DNA of 64,000 bases from SAR324 cluster bacterium (GTDB lineage Bacteria > SAR324 > NAC60-12). Below, one piece after another: positions 38,251-47,250 of this stretch (its first letter is position 1; every line of letters starts with the position of its first letter). The position numbers and the translations under genes were made by a program. Below the pieces are notes generated by a model that saw only the letters and a program-made list of their open reading frames with translations, made no database searches and had not been told where the DNA came from. Location of the stretch: positions 94,600-158,599 of the forward strand of contig JADFZZ010000006.1 of NCBI GenBank assembly GCA_015232315.1. The letters are read 5' to 3'.

Positions 38251-38302
38251 GAAATGCTATAAAAAAATTACTTTCTCTGGATTGATGTAAGGAAAAATAG
38301 AG

Positions 38303-39916
38303 GTGCTCTATCGGTGTGGTCAAATTTTAACTCTTTGGATGGCCTTGTGGACAATTACCTGCGTTTATTCAGGAGTTGTTTATAGTGCCTCGGAAAAACC
38401 TGGAGTTGGGGTATTATCGGTTCAAGCGGTATATCCCTCAAATGGTTTTGAATGGCTGGGAGACTTTATCCAGGAAGAATTGACCCATCAACTGCTTCTC
38501 AATGAAAAATATGCGGTGATGCATACCTCCGTTATGCATCAGTGGCATCATAGCTTATTTTTTTCATCTGCCTCCTCAGTATCATTTGATAGTCTTCAAA
38601 AAATGGGGCTCCAATTTTTAATGGAGCTCTCATTTCAAAAAGTGATGAATCACGTGGCACTCACGTGGCACTTATATTTTTTTGAAAACAATCAATTTAT
38701 CGTTCAAACCCACCAAAGTTTTCAAAAATTTGCTGATCCAGACACTTTTATCCAGAGTTTAGTCAGCAGTTTGGTCTTATATCATCCTGCATTTTCTACT
38801 TTACGTTTTTTCCCTCAGAACACACAATGGTCAGGTATTGAAGCCTATTATCAATGGCGGCAGATTATGCCTGAATCTCCTCAGGACCCTGAATGGCTGT
38901 CATCCGAAAACCAATTGAAATCATTTCAGGTAACTTATCCGTTTCTGACACGATTGGTTCAATATGATCTGGCTAAACATTATATTATTGAGAGTCAATT
39001 TTCAGATAATTCATCATCGATAGTTCAGGCCTTACAAGCAATTCAGGAAGCTGTGAAATCGGATCCTAAAAATGATCAGTACCGACTTTTACTGAGCTTG
39101 ATTTACTGGTATCAGGATCAAAAACACCTGGCCAAGGCCGAGTCTGTCATTGCAAATGCGTCAAATCCCTTGAATGGTATTGCCTGGATATTATATGGTA
39201 TGACAATAGGAAAGCATCTTTTGGATGGGGAACAATTCATTCGTAAGGGGTTGATATACTACCCGTTTTTAAAAGATGAAACAACGCCATTTTCGGTGTA
39301 CTATCGTTTGTATACTACCTTAAAACCATGGTTTTTTGAAAAAACCGTCAACGATTCCTCGATTAAGAAAAATCCTTATGAATTGGGAGTTGAGGCGTTC
39401 AACAATCAGCAGTGGGAACAGGCTCAAAACTATTTCGAAGAGTCGCTGAAAACAGAAAACTCACTGGATGTACAATTATATTTGGCCAAGATCAAAATCG
39501 AACGTAATCTTTATCATGAGGCCTTATCTCAATTGACAGATCTGCAAAAAAGTAATCCTCAACATGATCTCATTATTTATTATTTAGGATACATTCAGGA
39601 ACAATTAGGCTATTTCAAGGAAGCTGAGACGCTGTACCGTCAGGCTCTTGAAATAGCACGAGACAATCCTCAGATTTTGTTTCGTCTAGGGACTGTTTTG
39701 ATCAAGGTTGGTAAACTGGATGACGCACAGAATATAATGGAAGGCGTTAGTAAAAAATATCCGGATTATCCAAAAATCTGGTGGAATTTGGGGATTTTAT
39801 ATATGCAAAAAAAAGCATTTTCTAAAGCACAGGTTGCATTGGAAGAATCTCTCAGACGTGATCCTGACAATAAAAAAATTCAAAATTTACTCAACAAAGC
39901 AAAACAATCTCAATGA
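38303..39916 (+). CDS. Exported TPR repeat protein
   Basis: Signal peptide; C-terminal TPRs (YYLGYIQEQLG..EAE..Y.QAL, WWNLGILY....FSKA..ALE.SL..DP.N). Confidence 0.8.
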   Translation: MLYRCGQILTLWMALWTITCVYSGVVYSASEKPGVGVLSVQAVYPSNGFEWLGDFIQEELTHQLLLNEKYAVMHTSVMHQWHHSLFFSSASSVSFDSLQKMGLQFLMELSFQKVMNHVALTWHLYFFENNQFIVQTHQSFQKFADPDTFIQSLVSSLVLYHPAFSTLRFFPQNTQWSGIEAYYQWRQIMPESPQDPEWLSSENQLKSFQVTYPFLTRLVQYDLAKHYIIESQFSDNSSSIVQALQAIQEAVKSDPKNDQYRLLLSLIYWYQDQKHLAKAESVIANASNPLNGIAWILYGMTIGKHLLDGEQFIRKGLIYYPFLKDETTPFSVYYRLYTTLKPWFFEKTVNDSSIKKNPYELGVEAFNNQQWEQAQNYFEESLKTENSLDVQLYLAKIKIERNLYHEALSQLTDLQKSNPQHDLIIYYLGYIQEQLGYFKEAETLYRQALEIARDNPQILFRLGTVLIKVGKLDDAQNIMEGVSKKYPDYPKIWWNLGILYMQKKAFSKAQVALEESLRRDPDNKKIQNLLNKAKQSQ

Positions 39917-40843
39917 GTGTATATGGTTCAACCTGTATCAGCATCTAAAAAAATCCAAAAACCAAGGTGGCTGAAAGTTCCATTTCCAGGAGGTCCCCGT
40001 TATGCCTGGATCAAAGATAAAGTAGTCTCTCTTGAGTTGAGTACTGTTTGTGAAGAAGCACGTTGTCCCAATATTGGTGAATGCTGGAACGGTGGTACTG
40101 CAACCTTTATGCTGATGGGCGACACTTGCACAAGAGGGTGCAGGTTTTGCTCAGTACATTCTGCAAAGGAACCCGCTCCTCTTGACGAAAAAGAACCTCA
40201 GAAACTGGCTGAAACCTTGGGACAAATGAAATTAACGTATGTTGTTCTTACAACCGTGGACCGTGATGATTTGCCGGATCAGGGGGCTGGACATATTGCG
40301 GGCTGTATTCGTGCGGTCAAAATTAAAAATCCTGAGTTGCTGATTGAAATTCTGATTCCGGATTTTAGGGGTGAGATGCCACTGGTTCAAAAAGTTTTGC
40401 AGGCCAAACCGTCAGTACTTGCTCATAATATTGAAACTGTGGAGCGGTTGACCCAGAAAGTCCGTGATCGAAGGGCCGGATATCATCAATCGCTGGAAGT
40501 ACTGGGATATATAAAAAAAATGAATCCAGAGCAACTGACAAAATCATCAATCATGCTGGGACTTGGGGAAACCCGAGATGAAGTGATTCAGACCATGCGG
40601 GATTTGAGAGATCAAAACGTTAACTTTCTGACTATTGGCCAATATCTTCAGCCATCCACCAAACATCTTGATGTTGAGCATTATGTGAGTCCTGAAGAAT
40701 TTGGGAATCTGGAAAACCTGGGGCTCGAAATGGGGTTTGAATATGTCGCATCCGGGCCGCTGGTCAGAAGTTCCTATAAAGCAGCAGAATATTTTATTGC
40801 ACGTAAATTGAAAAACTCTTCATCAGGCAATTATGCTACTTGA
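39917..40843 (+). CDS. lipA: Lipoyl synthase
   Basis: [12 protein letters not shown] (CX4CX5C), CTRGCRFC radical SAM motif, VRSSY. The start may be ATG 39923. Confidence 0.98.
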   Translation: MYMVQPVSASKKIQKPRWLKVPFPGGPRYAWIKDKVVSLELSTVCEEARCPNIGECWNGGTATFMLMGDTCTRGCRFCSVHSAKEPAPLDEKEPQKLAETLGQMKLTYVVLTTVDRDDLPDQGAGHIAGCIRAVKIKNPELLIEILIPDFRGEMPLVQKVLQAKPSVLAHNIETVERLTQKVRDRRAGYHQSLEVLGYIKKMNPEQLTKSSIMLGLGETRDEVIQTMRDLRDQNVNFLTIGQYLQPSTKHLDVEHYVSPEEFGNLENLGLEMGFEYVASGPLVRSSYKAAEYFIARKLKNSSSGNYAT

Positions 40844-42119
40844 TGCACCTCTTACACTTCCACATTTGTCCGGTATTGGCGGCCATGTTTGTCTGCCGGG
40901 ATCAAAAAGCATGTCAAACCGGGCCTTGTTATTAAGTGCTTTGGCTCGTGGAGAGACAATTGTTGAAAATATTCTGGATAGCGATGATGTCCGGTATATG
41001 GTTCAGGCTCTGGAAACATTGGGGCTTCAATTAACCAATAACTGGGACCAGCATTGGATAAAAATTCAGGGCTGCGCTGGAATTTGGCCAGTCAAGGGAA
41101 CCGAGTTGTTTTTAGGAAATGCTGGAACGGCGATTCGTCCTTTGACGGTGGCTGTCGCATTGGGGGATGGACGTTTTGTTCTGGATGGTGTTCCCAGAAT
41201 GAGAGAGCGACCGATTCAGGATTTACTGGACGCAATGAATACTTTGGGCATGCAGGTCAGAAGCCTTCACGAGACAGGCTGTCCTCCAGTTGAGGTGATT
41301 GCCAGCGGGATTCCCGGGGGAGTAACAGAATTGAGTGGTGCGATCAGCAGTCAATTTCTGACAGCGCTTCTCATGGTTGCTCCTTATGCCAAAAAAGATG
41401 TGACCATTAAAATTAAAGACAAGCTGGTTTCAGTTCCCTATGTTGTTATGACTCTTGAAATGATGAAACACTTTGGTGTGAAGGTTGAGCATAAAAATTT
41501 TGAACAGTTTTATATTCAGCACGGTCAGGTTTATCAATCACCAGGACATTTTTATGTCGAAGGTGACGCCTCCTCAGCGTCTTATTTTTTGGCTGGGGCC
41601 GCGATTACTGGAAAAACTGTAACAGTGGAAGGCTGTGGCAAGATGAGTCTTCAGGGAGATGTCAATTTTGCGGATGTTCTTGCTCAAATGGGGGCAACGG
41701 TAGAATGGACTCCGCATTCTGTGACGGTAACAGGAAATGGATTGCAAGGTGTAGATATTGATATGAATACCATGCCTGATGCCGCCATGACGTTAGCTGT
41801 TGCGGCGTTATTTGCCAATGGGCCGACACGAATCAGGAATATCTATAACTGGCGATTGAAAGAAACAGAACGCTTGCATGCTGTTTCAACAGAATTGCGA
41901 AAATTGGGTGCTGACATTGAGGAAGGTGTTGATTATCTGGTGATTGAACCGCCGCCACAAATAAAAAGTACGTCAATTGAGACTTATGATGACCACCGGA
42001 TGGCAATGGCGTTCTCTTTGGCAGCCTGTGGTGAAGGGCAAATCACTATTAATCAACCGGATTGTGTTTCAAAAACTTTTCCTGATTATTTTGATGTATT
42101 GCTATCACTTCAGTGCTGA
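40833..42119 (+). CDS. aroA: 3-phosphoshikimate 1-carboxyvinyltransferase
   Basis: [49 protein letters not shown]. Confidence 0.98.
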   Translation: MLLDAPLTLPHLSGIGGHVCLPGSKSMSNRALLLSALARGETIVENILDSDDVRYMVQALETLGLQLTNNWDQHWIKIQGCAGIWPVKGTELFLGNAGTAIRPLTVAVALGDGRFVLDGVPRMRERPIQDLLDAMNTLGMQVRSLHETGCPPVEVIASGIPGGVTELSGAISSQFLTALLMVAPYAKKDVTIKIKDKLVSVPYVVMTLEMMKHFGVKVEHKNFEQFYIQHGQVYQSPGHFYVEGDASSASYFLAGAAITGKTVTVEGCGKMSLQGDVNFADVLAQMGATVEWTPHSVTVTGNGLQGVDIDMNTMPDAAMTLAVAALFANGPTRIRNIYNWRLKETERLHAVSTELRKLGADIEEGVDYLVIEPPPQIKSTSIETYDDHRMAMAFSLAACGEGQITINQPDCVSKTFPDYFDVLLSLQC

Positions 42120-42121
42120 TG

Positions 42122-43207
42122 TCAATTGATGGTCAAGACTCCGTAATCGCCTGCGGCAGTAGTGCTTGAATACTTTTTAACCACGCCATTTGTCAAACTG
42201 TCAACACCGCTGTCTGTTCTTTTAGGATCATGGTGGCATAAAAGAACCATCCCAACACCTGCCATTTTACACAGAGAAACTGCATACTCATCACATCCAT
42301 GTCCCCAGCCTGTATACATTGATTTGTACTCATCAATTTTATACTGACAGTCAAGCATCAAACAATCTGCTCCTTTGACGTGTTGCAATAAGCTTTGGGA
42401 AACACTTTCTTGTAATTCATGATCTGTCAGAAATACAAATTTTTGTCCTCCCGGCATTTCCAACGCATAACTGATAGTAGTGTCAGGATGAAAAGTAGTA
42501 TGCATGAATACTTTGACACATTCCTTGAGCGGAACAGTGACTTTGCTACGCATTTCATTTTTATAATGAATTCTGGAAATGTTGACTGTGGCATTGGGAT
42601 GTTCTGTTTTATTCAGATAACTGACTTTTGAGATCCAGCCAATACCAAGAACATCTTTATGCAGAAGGCCGACCTGGGTGGTTGGCTGAGCAACGTTTTG
42701 AAATTGAAAATGATAACCGATTTGCTGAAATGGGATAGGAAAAAAAGGTTTACGAAAGGCTCCATTAGCCACGGCTTCTTGAGGTCCAATGAGTTTGTCC
42801 TTAGGACCGAACATATATAAACATGTCTGTTCAATAAAAGGAAAGCCTGTGAAGGGAAGGCCTACAATGTGATCCCAGTGATAATGGGTAAATCCCACCA
42901 TTACCGCATGATCAACGCTTCTAAAAATGTTGCTGATAAAAGGACCTGCCGCTTCTCCGGCTGGTTGCATGCCGCCACCGGCATCCAAGAAAAATTTGAG
43001 ATCGGGATGAAAATACTTACTCTTGATTTCAAGACAGGTGGTGTTACCACCATAATGCATTTTGTTTGGTGCACAAACATCTTTAGAGCCTCTGGTGCCC
43101 CATGTGACCACACCGATAGCATCTGAGCAAGGTTGCTGTACATACTGAATGGCAGATTGCTGACGTCTGACTAAATCTGGATCCAGATAATATTTTTTTG
43201 TAGACAT
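42122..43207 (-). CDS. Metallo-beta-lactamase fold hydrolase (RNase BN/phosphodiesterase-like)
   Basis: WGTRGS, YGGNTTC, THYHWDH (HxHxDH), TDHE, DCQY, GWGH, HHDP.RTD. Confidence 0.88.
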   Translation of the reverse strand: MSTKKYYLDPDLVRRQQSAIQYVQQPCSDAIGVVTWGTRGSKDVCAPNKMHYGGNTTCLEIKSKYFHPDLKFFLDAGGGMQPAGEAAGPFISNIFRSVDHAVMVGFTHYHWDHIVGLPFTGFPFIEQTCLYMFGPKDKLIGPQEAVANGAFRKPFFPIPFQQIGYHFQFQNVAQPTTQVGLLHKDVLGIGWISKVSYLNKTEHPNATVNISRIHYKNEMRSKVTVPLKECVKVFMHTTFHPDTTISYALEMPGGQKFVFLTDHELQESVSQSLLQHVKGADCLMLDCQYKIDEYKSMYTGWGHGCDEYAVSLCKMAGVGMVLLCHHDPKRTDSGVDSLTNGVVKKYSSTTAAGDYGVLTIN

Positions 43208-43311
43208 CCATCCCTTTGTGACAAATCAAAGTCGGTGAATATAACCTGAATTTCAAGAATTATTGCTTTATAACTTGTTCAATATAGATGCGCAACCAAA
43301 AATTCATGGAG

Positions 43312-44334
43312 TCATGTATTTTGGAAAGGAAGAAAGCGGGTAAGACTGACCGCTGTATTAATCATGGTCTGAAGTAATTTTCCTCCAACTGGCCCTAATA
43401 AAATCATGGTTTTAAGAAAATCGCATATGATTGAATTTTTATATCCAGCAGGAAGTTCCTGCAGAAATACCAATTTTTTTTGTGCATCATGATTCAGTTT
43501 GTTGATCAAATCGTAGCTGATATCCAAAATGACCGTTTTTTGAATAATGGTATAATCAATTTTTTCATGATGGACCCAGTTCCGCATTACTCCTTCACGG
43601 TGTGCCCAATCCAGAAGTTGCTTTTCTTCTTTATATCGCATCAATGATTTGCTGTTTGTTTGAGAAGCATTTGCATTGTGTCTTCGATATCGAAAGACGG
43701 GTGTAGCCGTCGCACAGATACGATATCCATGGAATAATACACGAAACCAGTACTCCCAATCCTGTACTTGTCCGTATGCAGGATTAAAGCCTCCTATCAC
43801 ATCAACCATTTTTTTTCTAAAAAAAACACTGGGGCAATTAATGTAAGCTCCTGTTAATAATTTGGAAAATTCAAATTCAGGAGAATGATAAATTTCTTGT
43901 TGGCGAAAATATTTATTTTGTTTATAGAGTTCAACAGGCGAATTTACAGGTTCCGATTTTTCGTTGATTGTGATGGCTGGACAATGAGCAAGGGCTGCGT
44001 CTGGATATTTAAGGATGAGACTTCTCATTGTTTCCAGATATGTGGGTTCATATTCATCATCAAAGTGCAGAAGTGTGAAAAATGGTGTTTTGACCAAATC
44101 CACGGATCTGTTCCAGTTTGAGGTAATTCCTGCATTGGCGTATTCAAAGATCTCAAGATGAGGCAATACAATTTCAGAATGACGAACTAGATCTACAGAA
44201 TTATCCTTAGAACCATCGTCCACCACATATATTAAAAAATTTTGATATGTTTGCTGGCTCAGACTTTTAAGTGCACGAAGTATATAATGTGCACCATTAT
44301 AATTAGGAATCAATACAGTGATGTCTGGTTGCAT
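43312..44334 (-). CDS. Glycosyltransferase family 2
   Basis: VLIPNYN, VVDDGSKD, NWN, HFDD, QDWEYWFR. Confidence 0.92.
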   Translation of the reverse strand: MQPDITVLIPNYNGAHYILRALKSLSQQTYQNFLIYVVDDGSKDNSVDLVRHSEIVLPHLEIFEYANAGITSNWNRSVDLVKTPFFTLLHFDDEYEPTYLETMRSLILKYPDAALAHCPAITINEKSEPVNSPVELYKQNKYFRQQEIYHSPEFEFSKLLTGAYINCPSVFFRKKMVDVIGGFNPAYGQVQDWEYWFRVLFHGYRICATATPVFRYRRHNANASQTNSKSLMRYKEEKQLLDWAHREGVMRNWVHHEKIDYTIIQKTVILDISYDLINKLNHDAQKKLVFLQELPAGYKNSIICDFLKTMILLGPVGGKLLQTMINTAVSLTRFLPFQNT

Positions 44335-44396
44335 GAGGCGATTATAGCAGGAATGAATGGAAAATCTTGAGTCAGGAGAGCAGATACTGACATGCT

Positions 44397-45260
44397 CTAT
44401 TGGGCATTTTGTACGGATTCAAGCGGATAATACTGGTCCAGAATCAAATCATGATTGCGATTCCATACTGTGACTCTCACGGCTTTGTATTTTGGAGAAT
44501 AAGTATATTCCTTGAAAAAACGTTTGAACCGGCGGATGGAATATGAAGTAGCCTCTGTTTCCTTAAAGGGAATATCCATTTTTAGTTGAGTCTGGTTCAC
44601 CAATAGCACACGGATATAACCAGACTGTATATCATCAGTCAGATTGTAGAGGTGGAGTTGAATTGCCATCTTGGTTTTTTCAGGGTCGATTTCGAATTGG
44701 AACTGATCAATCTTAACTTCAAAAGCATCTTTGGTTCCAATATTGATTGCACTGACACTGGCTTGAGGGGTTTGTAAGGAAGGCCCTTCACTATCTTCCT
44801 GTTGTTGGTATTGCATCAACTGTTTTTTGAGAGATTCAATCTGTTGCAGATAAAGCGTTTTTTGTGTTTGTAGTTCTTTGATAAAACCTTCTTTTTTTTG
44901 AAGCTGTTCCTGGACTTCCGTGATTTTGGCAACAAAGACATTCTCTTTGCTTTGAGATTCAGAATTCAATGGTTGTTTTTCCGCAATCATTGCCTTCAAT
45001 TTTTGTAATTCAGTGTCATAATGGCTTTCAAGCTGACTTAGTGATTCCTGCAATTTTTCGGACTTTTGTTTTTCATCGTAATTAAGTTGCTGTACTTCCT
45101 GTATTTTAGCGTTATAGGCAAAGTACTGGTAGGTTGAAAAACAAGCCATGATCACAAAAATCAGGCCGATCAGCAAAAAAATTGATTTCAAATGATTGCT
45201 GTTCAATTGCCAGTTCTTTTTTGATCCAATGATATAGATTGATGTTTCCAGTTGTCCCAT
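44397..45260 (-). CDS. Bitopic membrane protein with periplasmic coiled coil and C-terminal beta domain
   Basis: Single TM (IFLLIGLIFVIMACF) followed by Q/E/K-rich heptads. ATG 45260 preferred over TTG 45299. Confidence 0.65.
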   Translation of the reverse strand: MGQLETSIYIIGSKKNWQLNSNHLKSIFLLIGLIFVIMACFSTYQYFAYNAKIQEVQQLNYDEKQKSEKLQESLSQLESHYDTELQKLKAMIAEKQPLNSESQSKENVFVAKITEVQEQLQKKEGFIKELQTQKTLYLQQIESLKKQLMQYQQQEDSEGPSLQTPQASVSAINIGTKDAFEVKIDQFQFEIDPEKTKMAIQLHLYNLTDDIQSGYIRVLLVNQTQLKMDIPFKETEATSYSIRRFKRFFKEYTYSPKYKAVRVTVWNRNHDLILDQYYPLESVQNAQ

Positions 45261-45309
45261 ATCCGCTTCAGGATGAAATAATAAAAAGTCACTGTTCAAT
45301 CAGACTTGT

Positions 45310-46461
45310 CTATGGCAAGTCCATGTTCTCCGCCAGACGATAAATTTGTCCACCGACAGAGTCAAGAATTCCGGTGAGTTCTAATTCAACTAGTATGCCT
45401 AACAATCGATCAATCGGAATTTTTGACGCAATATGAATGGAATCGATGGTTTCGACCCCATGATGAATGGTTTCAAGAGCCAACCATTGTTCAGCAGAAT
45501 AATTACTTTTGTCCAGCAATTGTTTGTTTTTTTGTGCAAAGTCAAAAGAGGTTTGGTCTGATTTATTGCCGCACAGTTGGAGTTCTTCAAGAATTTCTGA
45601 GCCTGATACCACCAGTTTTGCCGCAGATGATGCGATTAATTGATTGGGCCCGGCACTGGTGGGCGAATCTACAGGTCCTGGAAGCGCAAAAACCTCCCGA
45701 TTCTGGTTCAGAGCAAACCCGGCAGTGATTCGGGCACCGCTTTTAATTTTTGATTCAGTGATTGTGGTCCCCAGAGAAAGTCCGCTGATAATTCTGTTGC
45801 GAATAGGAAAATTACGGGCAAGAGGTTTCAATGCCAGGGGAAATTCAGAGATCAATGCACCTTGTTTAGTGATTTCATGGGCCAGTGGAATATTTTCAGG
45901 CGGATAGATATGTTGTAGACCTCCAGCCAGAACAGCGATTGTTTTTAGCCCCAATTCCAGGGCGGTCTCATGGGCAACCGTATCAATTCCCCGTGCGAGA
46001 CCACTCACCACAACCGTGTCTGGACGAATTTGGGCAATTTCCTCAATCAGCCGTTTGGTGTGGCGTTTGCCATAAACAGTACAGGTTCGCGAACCTACGA
46101 ATGCGAGGCAAGGGGCTTGGGGCGATGGCAGAGAGCCTTTGCAGTACAGCACAAGTGGGGGCGATGCGATTTCTTTCAAAAGTTTAGGATAATTTTCAGA
46201 TTCATAGCATATCAATTTGAGGTCAGAATCTGATTCAAATAACCGTTTTTCAATCAGAAAACTTCTTGTATTTTGAGCTTGGGTAATGGCCAGGGCCAAA
46301 CTGTGAGGGATACCTGACTTTTGTTGAATTTGTTCTGCAGGCGAATGAATCAGCTCTGATACTGAAGAGTATTGGGATAGTAATCGGTTGAGGGTTTTTA
46401 TTCCGAGTCCTGAAACCAGATTGAGTGCAAGCCAGTCTAATTCAAGCATTTTAAAAACCAT
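45310..46461 (-). CDS. dprA: DNA-processing protein DprA
   Basis: VGSR, VVSGLARGIDT.AH, FPIRNRIISGLS, SGARITA..A..QNREVFALPG, C-terminal winged helix (LVELEL.G). Confidence 0.96.
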   Translation of the reverse strand: MVFKMLELDWLALNLVSGLGIKTLNRLLSQYSSVSELIHSPAEQIQQKSGIPHSLALAITQAQNTRSFLIEKRLFESDSDLKLICYESENYPKLLKEIASPPLVLYCKGSLPSPQAPCLAFVGSRTCTVYGKRHTKRLIEEIAQIRPDTVVVSGLARGIDTVAHETALELGLKTIAVLAGGLQHIYPPENIPLAHEITKQGALISEFPLALKPLARNFPIRNRIISGLSLGTTITESKIKSGARITAGFALNQNREVFALPGPVDSPTSAGPNQLIASSAAKLVVSGSEILEELQLCGNKSDQTSFDFAQKNKQLLDKSNYSAEQWLALETIHHGVETIDSIHIASKIPIDRLLGILVELELTGILDSVGGQIYRLAENMDLP

Positions 46462-46906
46462 TTTTCATATTGCGGGCAATTTCTATTTTTGCCTCATCTT
46501 TTTTGAGACTTTCACGTTTGTCATGAAGTTTTTTACCTTTGACCAGCGCAATTTCAACCTTTACCAGCCCATGTTTGAAATACATCTTCAGAGGGATCAG
46601 CGTGAGTCCTTTTTCGCGGGATTGACCATAAAGTTTACGAATTTCCTGTTTGCGAAGCAGCAATTTTCTGGCTTGAAGGGGATCATGGTTATTGCGGTTT
46701 CCAAAATCGTAGTGATTGATATGTGCGTTGATAAGAAAGACTTCCATTGCAGGACTTACCGCACAATAACTTTCTGAAATATTGGCCTTGCCCAGGCGAA
46801 GGCTTTTTACCTCTGTTCCTCGCAGTTCAATGCCGGTTTCAAATGTCTGAACGATTTCATATTCAAAATGTGCCTTGCGGTTAGTTACAATGATTTTGAT
46901 ATTCAT
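46451..46906 (-). CDS. smpB: SsrA-binding protein SmpB
   Basis: NRKAHFEY, GIELRGTEVKSLR, RKLLL, KGKKLHDKR. Confidence 0.98.
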   Translation of the reverse strand: MNIKIIVTNRKAHFEYEIVQTFETGIELRGTEVKSLRLGKANISESYCAVSPAMEVFLINAHINHYDFGNRNNHDPLQARKLLLRKQEIRKLYGQSREKGLTLIPLKMYFKHGLVKVEIALVKGKKLHDKRESLKKDEAKIEIARNMKNGF

Positions 46907-47232
46907 GGCACCCTTTTCAATAAAGTCTGGATATATTCTCCCAAATATATTGAGGCAACTTCATCCACATCAAAAAAATGAACTCCGATTTCATTACAAT
47001 CATTATTTTTCTGAAACCAGCGAATCTCACTTTCAAGAACCAGATCTGTAGAAAAACAAATATTCAGGCGATCTCCAGGCTGGCAGGGTTCATTCCAGTC
47101 CAGACAAGCGCCACCAAGGGAAATATTTCTAATTGTCACCCGGTGGTTGTTCCCTGATGCTGTTTTTACAAGGAATTCCTGGTTAATGATAAATCTTTGC
47201 TGATTGCGCTGATGGATGTTTTTCGATGTCAT
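46903..47232 (-). CDS. Single-domain PilZ protein (c-di-GMP receptor)
   Basis: QRNQQRF (RxxxR) and NISLGG (D/NxSxxG), plus IGVHF. Confidence 0.88.
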   Translation of the reverse strand: MTSKNIHQRNQQRFIINQEFLVKTASGNNHRVTIRNISLGGACLDWNEPCQPGDRLNICFSTDLVLESEIRWFQKNNDCNEIGVHFFDVDEVASIYLGEYIQTLLKRVP

Positions 47233-47250
47233 TGGATTATATGAAATGGT

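Noticed and set aside
37925..38323. 132-aa minus-strand L/P/R-rich ORF
   Set aside because: Antisense shadow of the GAA-rich zapB tail.
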